Positions 13,878 to 25,800 of a stretch of 52,470 nt of DNA are shown piece after piece. How positions within the stretch are numbered: position 1 is the first letter of the stretch; every line of letters begins with the position of its first letter. Location: positions 1 through 52,470 of the forward strand of contig NIVC01004264.1 in NCBI GenBank assembly GCA_002269645.1. The letters run 5' to 3'. The translations under genes and the position numbers were made by a program. This DNA comes from Macrostomum lignano. Lineage: Eukaryota. Under the pieces are notes generated by a model, which saw only the letters and a program-made list of their open reading frames with translations, was not told where the DNA came from and did no database searches.

Positions 13878-16800
13878 ATGACGAGAAGAATCTGCCGCAG
13901 CTTTGTGTTCTTGTTGGCATTTGCCTTGGTGGCAGCCGAGAGCAGCATCAGACTGGTTGGAAAGCCACTCCAGGTGCTTCGTCATGGCAACCAGGTAAGC
14001 TTGCTTTGTTCTTCACTATCATCGTATTCTGTTCTCTGAGAAGGACGCAGGAACCGCTAGAAGTTACGGTTTTATCCCGAAGTTTTGTCAGAATTAAAAT
14101 TCATTTGAAAGCCAATCTTGATTTAAATACGTTAGCAAGATGAAAAACAGGCATTAAAATTGTTGTCACGTCAAGTCCGACAAAATCTGCAAACTCGAAG
14201 ACACTGGGGCGTGACTGCAGGAAATTGCACATTATTTAATATTCTAGAAGACGTAGAATTTAAACTGAGTCAAGAAGACAATCGTCCCTCGTCAGTTACT
14301 CATTAACGTACGCTCGTACAAAATGTTACGGCTTGGACTTACTTCAGAAAACCAAATCGTTTTTAGTTGTACTGGTCGCTTAAACAGAATTTTGTTGCTG
14401 GTTCACTTTATATTTGGTAGAGCCAATCGGGTGAATAGAAGCCGCAGTGCAGAGTTCACCTTTTTACGAGCGTACATTCAGATTTCAAATTAAGTCGGAG
14501 TTCGATGCGACATGTTTAGCTCGTCCACGTTGGACGGCCATGGCCTCTTACTGGGTAGGCTCCTCAGCAAATGTCTGAGAGCGAGCTGCCACTTCATGAT
14601 TGCTTGAGTCTTCGAGTTGCGTAGATTGAGTCGAATATAAGCTCGTTGTGTTGAGCAGTCGGCAGCTGCGAATTTAATGACAGTTTACACAGTATCTGAG
14701 GTAACTGCGCTAAAATGGGGCGTCTGTAAAATCGTGATTTGGGCGACTGCTGATGAATTCGGCGACTTGAAGACGAGACTTACTCCGAATTGACTCAGAG
14801 GCAGTTAGAACTCCAACCCCCAGAAATTAGCGATTGCATTAGCTTGAATGAGCAGATGTGGCTACATTCGAATGCATAGATATTTCTGAGGGAAAATGAC
14901 AGTTCAGTGCTACTGAGTTGCTAACCCAATAAGCAGGCTCTGGGGTTACCGAAGCTGGAATGGCTTCGAGAATGACAAAATAAAGCTTATCGATGGTCGA
15001 TGCCGCACGCCTTCAGGAAGTCCTCGGATTCTTTGAAATCAAACTGTGGTCGATGCGGGTGGTGATCTCTCGCGGGATGCCCAATGTCGATGAGCAGCTC
15101 CGATCACGGTTCCTTCAGCTCTTTTCGCTAATGGCGCTCGCAGACCCGTTGCTGACGGACCACTCGATGTTGCCGTCCATTTCTTTCATTTCTTGCCTTT
15201 CTGACGCTTCTTTGTTACTTTCAATAGTAAAGCTAGGGAATAATATTTACCAGATTGGAGGAAAGAGTTTAGCAACAGGCTGGTTGTGTAAAGTCTTCTA
15301 CCAAATTTTGGGATTGAAGTTTACAGTTTTAGAGGTGTGTGAATCTATCTATTACAACACATTTCGTAATAATAATAACAAAAATTTGTCACTTTTTGTA
15401 AAAACAATAGCAAAAGTTTGAGTGAGTGAACGAAGCCCACAACGGGTGGGTTAGCTACGCAAAAGGAATAGAGGGATGGAGTGAGAACTAGAGGCTAAAG
15501 AGGGAAGAAGTGAGGACCAATCAGGAGGAGGACAGAAGTCGCTACATGAGAGTACTATAATAATTCCTCTCCTAAGACACTGCAATCTACCCCAGAAAAA
15601 ATAACTTTCAGGTCAATTTGAAACCCACAGTCTGGAAATAAATTGCGGAATTCCCCTATTACTCGCTTCATTTTCAATACCCCCAGTACTCAATCCGATT
15701 CACAAATGAGCCACAGCACAAGTCGTTCACAAAAGCATTTTTCCTGTCCTCTGGTTCTGTGCATTCTTTAATCAGTTAGTACAAAATCGACTTCCCCTCT
15801 CACTACATAAGACTGAGAAAGGGGAGAAAATCTCTCTGGGTGTGTCTGGTAGGATTTTCCATTAAGGATTTTCGAAAGTGTCTCTCTTAAAATCTGTACC
15901 AAAGTGCTCAGTTTTTCACTCGTAGTGAAAGAAATAATCTTCGAGTCTTTAACACACACACTCTCTTAGGGACACATTTTTAGATACATCTTGGGATCTT
16001 GGGAAAGAATTTCCAAAGAACGATTTATAAAGTACACATCCGATGCTAATCATAAAAGTGAAAATCCAGTTGTAATTTCTTAAGGGCAGATAATCAAATC
16101 GGACAACAAAACAACAACAACAAAATACGCGGCCCCGCAAGCAAAGTCAGTTAGAGCAGGGCGCGTCAGATGTCGCGCCGCAGAGCCTGGGAGCGAACGA
16201 AATCCGCTCCGTTGGCAGTGTCGGGCGCCCCAGCGTTGCACAGCAGGCAGTCCACGTATCGACGGGTTCGGGCCTGACCCCGCCTGAACGGGCCCTGCAA
16301 GGTGAGCAGCAGGACGTCCTGAACGGGTTGGGGGCAGTAGCCCTCGGCCCGGATCACGTGGCCCGCCAGCTGGAGTCGCCGTCGGCGCAGGATGGTGGAC
16401 GGGCGCTGCAGCTTGGCCCGATCGTACAGGGCCTCGGTCCCGACGCTCTCGTCAGCTCGAAAGGCCGCACGGAGCAGCCCTGAGTGCGCCGAGTCCAGCT
16501 GCCGCTCCAACGTAGCCGTCAGCGTCCACGTCTCGGCGTTGTAGAGCAGGACGTTTTCGACCACCGCCTGCCACAGCCGAGCCCTCTGGCGGTCGGGCAG
16601 CGCTTCGGACTGGAGGACGGCTCGGATCGAACGAAAGGCCGCCCAGGCAAGTCCTCTGCGCCGCCGGAGGTCTTCTTCCACGTGGGGCACCAGACCGCCG
16701 AGGTAGGTGAACCGCTGGCAGCGTGCGAGCCTGGTCGTCTGCCCATCTGCGCCGCGACATGTCAGGTCTGCTGGGATGTCGGCCGGCACAGTCAGCACCT

Positions 16801-19800
16801 CGGTCTTTAGCGTGTTGACAACCAGACCGACGCTCGATGCTACCTCGACCAACCTGTCGATCTGGCGTTGGGCGCCTCCAACAGACGAGGACAGGAGGGC
16901 GAGGTCGTCGGCGTAGCCAAGCACGCTTAGGCGCTTTTCGCCGTGGCGGCGACCGATGCGTCTGCGCAGCAGGAAGCCGTCATTAGCCGAGGGGAGTGCG
17001 GTCCGAAGCACCCAGTCCAGCAGCAGCACGAAGAGGAACGGCGCCAAGGTGTCTCCCTGCAGAACTCCTGATGAGGTGTCGAACAGGTCAGACAGGCCGT
17101 CCGCCGTCACCACAGCAGCTCGAGTATCGCAATACAGCGTCATGACAGCGTCGATTAGCTGCTGGGGCACCCGGTAGGCTCGAAGGACGAAGGGGAGAGC
17201 GGCTCTCAACACCGAGTCAAACGCCTTTCGGAAGTCAACGAAGACAATGATCAGCGTAGACTGGCGGATGCGCGCCTCCTCGATGACATGGCGGAGTGCG
17301 AGGATCTGTGTCACTGTACCGCGTTGCGGCCGGAATCCGTTCTGCTCGTACCGCAGGTACGGGTCCAGCACCGACTGGAGACGATCGAGCAGCAGCCGGT
17401 TGAAGAGCTTCGCGGTGCAGGACATCAGCGAGATCCCGCGGTGGTCTTCTTTCCGCGTTGTCCCTGCCTTCTTCGGGATTGGCACGATGTGCGCGACGGT
17501 CCACTCGGTGGGCGCAGGAGCGCCGGCGAGCACGCGGTTCATGACGCCTGTGACCTGGGAGGCCACACAGCGGAGCCGCAGCGCTTCGACCGGGACTTCG
17601 TCGGGGCCGAGCGCCTTGCCGCCTGATGTTTTCCGAGCGAACAGCACAACGTCCTCCGTGGTGACTTGTCTGGTGCAGAAGTCCTCCTCAGCTGGGAGCG
17701 GCGTGTCCAGTGGGAGCGCAAAGCTGGCGGGCAGCGGCGATGCGGGCGCGTTCACGATGCCGGCGAAGAAGTCGCGCAATTCATTCCTGCGCTCCTCCGG
17801 AGTGTCGCCGGCCAGATTCAGCGCCACGCGCTTTTTGCGCCCCGTCAGAGTCCGGACGGCCGTCCACACTGCGCGGCTCTTCACGTCGGGGCCGGCTGCA
17901 GTGATGGACCTAATGGCGTCGTCGACAGCGGCCTGCTGCCGCTCGTCAAGAAGGCGCTCAAATGCGTCTTCAGCTTCGCCTGTGGGCCTCCGGTTTCTGC
18001 GGAGTCGCTCGATGTTGAGCCGCGCCTGCCTGATGGTGGGGTCGCTCTGCCAGACAGGCAACGATTTTTGCGCTGGCCGCATCAGCGGGACCGTCTGCTC
18101 TGCAGCGGCTCTAACGGCGGTGCTGATGTCGGAATACTCCGCCTCGCGCTGGTCTCCAAGCGCGCTGACGAAGGCACCCGCGAATTGACGCTTTACGTGG
18201 GTGTCCAACAGTGCGCGATAGTAGCGCCGTGGCCGCTGCTTTGGCGGTCGGTAGAGCTGGTCGCGGAGCCGCAAGTCGCAGATCAGGAGTCGGTGGTCTG
18301 ACCGGAGAGCCAGCGGAGCCATGGTGTCGCAGTTGGTGACGCGGCGGCGCTCGCGAGTGCGAACCAGCGCATGATCGAGTTGCGCCAGTCTCCTCGTGGC
18401 ATTCCGCCCGCGTGCGTTCCGCCGCCTTCTCTTGCAGCCCGCAAAGGTGACCAGGCGGGCAGGGGGCTTGCGGAACTGGGTGTTCGCGGACACCAGGTCC
18501 AGCCGGTCAAGCAGGTCCTCCAGCTTATCGGTGTTGGCGTTCTCGCGTCCCGCGACAAAGGGCGAGCGCTCGGACCTCCGCGGGACTGCGTTCAGGTCTC
18601 CGAGCACTGCCAGCGTGTCGCGATTTGGTACCTCTTCCAGCTGCCCAGCCAGGAAGTCGGAGAAGGCACGCGCCTCCTCGGGGTGAGCAGCGGTGGGTGC
18701 ATACGCGCAGAACAGCCGGATGCAGCGGGCGCGCAGTCGCAGGTCGACCCGCATCAGTCGCGGGGACAGCGAGATGCAGTGCACGCTCTGCCGGAGGCGC
18801 GGTCCGATCAGTACGCCGACACCGCCCCGGCCGCGGTTGTCTGCCGACGTGTACAGGAGGCTCCAGCCGGCTCCGAGGTCCTCAGAGTGGAGCCCCGGCT
18901 CGGCCACGATAGAGACCTCCTGCAGTGAGACGAGGTCCAGCTGTAGGTCGTGGGCCAGCTGGACAAGGATGGTGCGACGCCAGGGGGCCTTCAGAGTTCG
19001 GCAGTTCATCGTGCCGAGTCTGAGGCGGCCACCTGGTACAGCTGGGGCCAGATGGAGGTTGGCCTCATGGTCCCCGGCGCCACCCGGCGGATCCATAGTT
19101 GAGGTAGCAGGGACTGGGGACAACAGGCGCCTGGCCGCGCCACGGAGTCGCCCTCGCCGGTTGCGCTCGCGCCGCCGCTCAGTTCGACGTTGCGCGCTGC
19201 GCTGACCTCTGCGAGTCCCTGCTGTGCCTGCTGTGCTGAGCTTTGCTGCCGCAGCCGAAGCGCGGCCGTCCGAGCCAACCGAGGTCATCCGCGGCCTGAT
19301 GATCTGGAGGCCTGGTGTTAGGAGGTGTCAGCACGATTTGCACGGGTGTGCAAATAAAATGGCTCTTTATTTGCACAAATCGGAACAAGATTTAGGAGAA
19401 ATCATGAGGGATATCTTACGAGATCATCCCTGAAGGACCATCTTAAGAGTCTCCTCATTTTTGAGCGAGTATGTCAGCGTAACAGTCTCGTTGATGTACT
19501 GCAGTACGATCTCGACCGCCATCTGGAACAATGCCACCCACCCTCGCTCCTCTATCTCAGAGAAAGAATCTTCTACTTCTTTATTATGTACCTCACCTTT
19601 CCAGGTAACTCTGCTGGTCAGATGCCGCCATCCGAGCCGGCAGACAGTTCGACTTCAAGCCACGCTCGTCATTCGCGGACGTCAGCGGTTGCTGTTTGAC
19701 GCCCGTCTGCCCTGTCCGCCGACTTCGGCTCCGTCATTAAACGCCCCGCTCCGCCTGCCGCCGAGCTATCGCTGCTACCGGCACTCGGCGCTGCTGTCTG

Positions 19801-22800
19801 GCGTCTACGCACCAGATATTGGCGCCGCCCGCCTAAGAGCCTGGCTGGCCGAGCCGGACAGGGACGAATTCCGGTTGGCGACGGCCCGGCTAGTGCGCGA
19901 GCTGCCGCTGCCACGATACTGGGAGCTGCCGATTGACTGCGCCAATGCCCAGCTGAAGGACGAGGGCGCCGAGGAACTCTTCGCTGGGAGCTGTGCCTCC
20001 TGGCCCGGTCGGATTCTCACGAGTCTGCAGGACCGCAGCGCAGAACGGGGGTGCAGAGCGGAGAAGGGTGAGCCAGACTGTCCAACTGCGTCGCTAGAGA
20101 ATAGTTGGTTACGATATACAAGGTAGCATTGATGGAAATGCGCCCGGCGCGCTGCGAGGTGCCCAAAGGGGTTTCTTTAAGGACAAATGGTTGCGAGACG
20201 ACATAACACTGTGAAATAATTGATGAGATATGCATTTATTTGGTATCCATCGCCAAATTGACGATTCTCGTATTCTTCAACTTTGCAAACGCACATAAAG
20301 GTTCATGAAAATGCCTTTAAATGCAAATTTAGCTCGTATTAGAGATTTATCTTCATTTTTGACACTATAAATTCACAAGTACTGCTTTATATCGAATGAA
20401 AAAGCACTGTAAGGATTTTTAATCTTCAGATAGTCATGAAGTAAAATTTGACAAAGACAGAACAACTTTGAGCTCGCCCATTGCATTTTCAAGCGGAATG
20501 GTATATCCTCTTGCTTCCAGGGCCTTTCAATATAAGTTTCAAAAGTTAGGCTTCCAGGGCCTTTCACGTTTACTTTTGTACTTCCCCTAAAAACTACTTG
20601 CCTTAATAGTAACTATAATTGGTACATGCGAAATTAATTTAGGATAAATTATTTTGTGCATAGCCTCTGACTTTCAGACAATTGAGCTCAGATAATTAAG
20701 CCCAGAAGACGGCTTCTCTAACGATTTTAATTAACAAGCGAAGAGAATTGAGCGCAATGTTTCGCTGATCGGCCTCCATTATAAGTTGCTTTGTGCAGTA
20801 ACTCGGTTTAAGCTGCTCTGGCTTTTCACAGTCTCATAGGGCCAATTTTATGAGCTGACAATGAAAAAAATACAAGGGAAAGGAGCCCAAGTAGAAAATC
20901 CGCGTCTCGATGAAAACATCGACAAGATACAATTCGCGAAAGACTTACGCTACATTAGAACCCAAACCAACATGCTCAACAGTCATTAGCGAGTCATTTT
21001 TCTATTTTTCCTGCAAAGAATAACTACTTCTTATTTGAAGTATTTGAAGTAATTAAAGTCAATGTGTCTACAAGTTCTCCACATGACGGCTTGTGACTCG
21101 AGCGAATTTACAAAGCTCAATAACACATATATTACAGTTGCATTAGGTACCAAGAAGGATGCAGCTTGTTGTTATATTTATTAAAACTGATCAGTGAGTA
21201 CGGGCTGTGTAGATTTCACGTTTACCATTCAGGCATTGTTCGGTTCAGAGTCAAATTTCAGAGTCAGGTCAGCTGTGAGGTTTGAGTGCTAGTCACATAT
21301 TCTTCGATAAAACGACTTCGATGTACGATGTTGCTTATTTACCAGGTAAATGAAGGTGGAATTTCTTCCTGAGCTTCGGGAACTGCTCATCCGACATGCT
21401 GGAAACGTCCATCTCGGTCGGATCATCCTTCGAATCACTTTGGCCCCTGTCGTCCTCCTGGGAAGGCTCGGCGACGACCAGGGCTGCGAACAGCAGAACT
21501 CCGAGAATCAGTTGCCACTTCATGGTTGCTTGAGTCGAGTAGAGTCTGAGCTTGTTGTGTTGAGCAGTCGGCTGCTGCTAATATATACGCATCGGATCGG
21601 CACATGTTTCCGATCCGTCGAGCAACGTTGTTTGATTTGAAGTCTTTTGCGCGAGCAGCGTTGCTTTAAGCGCATATCATGTAGCGTTTGCTTGCTTTTT
21701 GACACCCGAGCAATCAAACAAGTACCGCTCGAGCATTTTCACAGCGCAAATGTCTCTTAGGAACCTCACTGTACTAAACTGCATTTGAATATCAAGTCAG
21801 TTGTATAGTAAAGCCAAATGACACTATCTATCAATTGTGGAGAATATATGCGCAAAACAGGATATTTACAGATTTTTGTCTCGGCTACTGCGTGTCAATT
21901 TCTGATTAGTGGTTCTCAACTTTTCAGACGCTATTTAGAACTCCTTAGCTCGTAGATTTGATTCCTTACTTTCTTATTCCCGGGTAGCGAATTTTGGGAG
22001 CCGATTTCGTGTGCGACCGAACAAAGCAGAAAAATCGGAAAATTCAGACCTAGCGAAAGAAATGCATGTAAGCTCGCCGTTTGCCAGCTTTTGATATACT
22101 CTGTTTTCGAGTCGCTACGTCGCTACTTCGCTATCATCACTTACGCTGAAACCCAGCAGAGTTCCATTGAAAAACCGATGGTTCAATGCAGTCAGACGAG
22201 ACTACCTATAGTGTTTGAATTTTCTTAAATGTGCGGTTGCAAACCATGCTAAGCACACTGGACTAACACCATCTTGTCATCAGCTTTTGTACTGCAGAGC
22301 GTAGCACCACAGGCGTTACTGGCAGGAACATGAGAACCTGCAGGCAATCCAATGGCGCTTCTCTCCTGCCCTGTCATCAGCTCCGAGACATTATCTTGCG
22401 CCTCTAGGGAAGAGATATCCTTGATGTCACTATGAAATCTGTTCATGAAATTTGCTCACCCGAGTCGATTAAGGAATCAAATATAAGGAGCTCTAAATAG
22501 CACATGGCAAGCTTAGAACCCCAACTGGAAACTACAGGAATGGATTTCAACATTGAATTTAGCAGCAGCGCAAACAACTAATTGTAGAAAACAATCGCGA
22601 AGCCATATACAATATTTTTCCATATTCGATGGATAGTGTCATTTGGCTTTACTAATGCATCTGATAAAGAGCAAAATGCAATGCAGTGCAGTCTGCTGCG
22701 GTACGTAGGATAAATTTGCACTGAGAAAACGCTAGAGCGGTACTTGTTAGATTGCTCAGGTGTCAACAAGCAAATAAACGCTTCATGCTTTTCGGTTAAA

Positions 22801-25800
22801 GCAACGCCTGTCTCTGCTCACGCAAAAGCCGTCAGCTCAAACAACGTTTCTCAACGGACCGGAAACACGTGCCGATCCGATGCGTATAAATTTGAAGCTG
22901 CCGACAGCTCAACACAACAGCAAGCTCAGACTCGACTCAATCTACACACAGCTCGAAGAATCGACTCGACTCAAGCAATCATGAAGTGGCAACTGGTTCT
23001 CGGACTTCTGCTGTGCGCCGCCCTGGCCGTCGCCCAGCCCACCCAGGAGGAGGCCAAGGCCGAGAGTGAGTCTAAGGAGGATCCGTCCGACTCGGACGAT
23101 TCCAAGCTGTCGGAGGAGCAGTTCTCCAAGCTGGAAAAGAAGGGCTTCCACGTTCATTTTCATGGTTAGATGAGCCACATCGTACATCGCACAAGTGGTT
23201 TCATGGATCGGAAGATTAAGACAACTCACAGCTGACCTGACTCGGAACTCTACTCGCAACCGCCCGATTCTTAAATATGAACGTAAAATCTACACGGCAC
23301 TTATTCGCTGATCAGTTATAACAAATATAACAACCAGGACCATCTAATTAGGCTCCCAATAAAACTATAATTTTTGTGTTGTTGAGCGTTGTAAATTTCT
23401 TTAATTCAAAAGTCGTAATGTGGAGAACTTGTAGAGACTTGTAGCGTCTTGCAGTAAGTGAATTGTCGCACGAAATGTAGCAAAATGTGTTGATTCGATA
23501 TGATACTTATTCAGCGCTTATGGCTTATTCATTCATTTTCGCAAATATTTATCGTTCGCAACAAGCTTACTACTTTATGGACTATTGTGTAGTGCTTAAA
23601 TCCAAACTTTTCCGGTCATTTATTATATTGTTGGGGTGATTCGTAACTCGTCACCAAGATAAGACTAAACATATTATGCAGCTTTAGAGTTTGACATAAT
23701 TGTGGCTGAGTCACGCTAACTCACAGAATGTTCTCTTGTTTTTTGACCTAGTTGCGCCGCTTAATGAAACGTTCGATTCATGGAGCCATCATGAAGCAAA
23801 TGCCCATTTCAGGAGAAATCTCTAAGTGAAGGGCGTGACAATTTGACAAGGGACAATAGACAGAATACAACTGATTTTGGTTTCAATAAGATTTTATAAC
23901 ACGAATCGACAGCGAAGGCTCAAAGTGTGCGCAGATGTATCTCATCATTATCATTTCGCAATTCAAAAAAGCATTGTACACCTTTTACCTGACACCACAT
24001 GACCCCGCTCATTCTTAATTCATTGTATCATATCCTTGTACATTTAAATCGTTTTTTGGCCTCGCTATCCATGTAGAATACTACGAGCTAGTAGGAATAC
24101 CAAGCCATTTTCCGCCCGTCGAACTACCAAGAAGGGGGGATTCCCCAATGACAATTTTTTGTTGCGCCAGAACGGAGCAACGCAGGCATACGGAATTCAA
24201 GAACACGGGCAAAATTTTTGTTGCGCACCGTCTCAAACAAGAAAAAATTCGCCAGCCCTCCGGACCGTTGAGATATTCGACGATTCTGCCAGAAGATCCA
24301 GAAGATCGGATTTTTCCCTTGATGATGAAGTCCTAGTGTATTCAGTACACCCCTGTGCGCCAATCAGCCCTGCGCCTCAGTGCAGCCTCCAAATTTCATC
24401 AGTACGTCGACCATATGTGTCTGCAGCTCTGACTTCGTTGATCACTTGCCTTCATCCAGGCTCAGCTAATCTGTTGAAGGTACCGACGGCGTCAGGTTGA
24501 TGACGCATGTCCAGCAGTTGAGGCTTGCCCATTATTGAAGCTTGATCGGCGAAACAGGAGAATTTTGCAACAGCTCGTCCATAGTCACATGGGGCCACCT
24601 GTTGAAGGTCCAGAAGCTCCCCTCTCTTGGTAGTTTTACTGTTGAGCACTGTGAAATCAACAATAAAGTTGAGTTTATTTGAAATTGTGAAATGAATAAA
24701 TGAATAACCAAAAACTTCCTAATGAGTATCTTATAATTCAACACCTTTTTGTTGAATTTCCTGCGACAAATTATTAACTACAAGACGATTTACACTCGTT
24801 TCTTCAAGTGCTCCACATGACAACTTGCGACTTGACAAAAATGAAAAAGCTTGTCAACACAAATATTTTGGATTTTTAGGTGCTTATTTAGATCGTGCTG
24901 GTTGTTATATTTGTTAAAACTGATCAGCGAATAAGGGCTGTGTAGATTTCACGCTTAATTTTTAGGAGTTGGGCGGTTCCGATCAGAGTCCAAAGTACGG
25001 TCAGCTGTGAGTTGTCTTAATCTTCGATGAAGCGACTTCGACGTACGATGCTGCTTATTTACCAGGTAAATGGAGATGGAATTTCTTCCTCAGCTTCGGG
25101 AACTGCTCCTCCGACATCTTGGAATCGTCCGAGTCGGACGGATCCTCCTTCGACTCACTTTCGGCCTTGGCCTCTGAGGGCCCAGCGACGGCCAGGGCTG
25201 CAAACAGCAGAAGTCCGAGAACCAGTTGCCACTTCATGATTGCTTGAGTCGTGTTGAGTCTGAGCTTGTTTTCTTGAGCAGTCAGCAGTCGGCGAATTTA
25301 TGCTCATCGGATCGGCACGTGTTTCCTGTCTGATCCGATGAGCGACGTTGTTTGATTTGCAATCTTTCGCTTGAGCAGAGAAGCGTTACTTTAACCAAAT
25401 ATCATTGCAGCGTCTATTTGCTTTATGACACCTGAGCAATCAAACAAGTAAGGCTCCAGCGTTTCTAAGTGTAAATTTATCCTACACACTGCACTGCGCG
25501 GCACTCTATACGGATTTTAATGATTAGCATAAGAAAACCAAATGACACTATATCTATCGATTGTGGAGATTAAAGTTGCGAAATCGGGATATCTACAGAT
25601 ATGTATTTCGGCTACTGCGTGTCGATTTCTGCAGTTTCTGATGGCGGTTCTCAACTTGTCAGGTGCTACTTAGAACTACTTTGATTGTTTAAAGTTGTGA
25701 TACGGGTAAGCGGATTTAGTGAGCCGACAACCGGACGCATGGCCGGCCAGATATGCATGGAAGCGCACAGTTTGCCAGCTTTTATTCTTTCTTCATCTCG

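Noticed and set aside
14993-15421. 142-aa + strand ORF and coding-like minus-strand stretch in SEL1L3 intron 1
   Set aside because: Could not join it to any exon chain or recognise motifs; not needed for the SEL1L3 frame
16452-19433. Many overlapping ORFs within the LINE (and within 47346-51385)
   Set aside because: GC-rich shadow frames of the transposon ORFs
19425-19530. Possible minus-strand exon (MAVEIVLQYINETVTLTYSLKNEETLKMVLQG*) and nearby 15768-15959 ORF
   Set aside because: No supporting upstream exon or homology; may be an old element interrupted by the LINE
22942-23259. Antisense and alternative-frame ORFs over peptide copies (e.g. MRVEFRVRS..., MCDVRCGSS..., MKRLRR...)
   Set aside because: Shadows of the conserved cassette; start and length vary between copies while the MKWQL frame is constant and has the promoter
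24124-24650. Short ORFs and an internal direct repeat (AATTTTTGTTGCGC twice) between the tail-to-tail peptide pair
   Set aside because: No TIR, TSD or family motif found; not alignable to the peptide cassette
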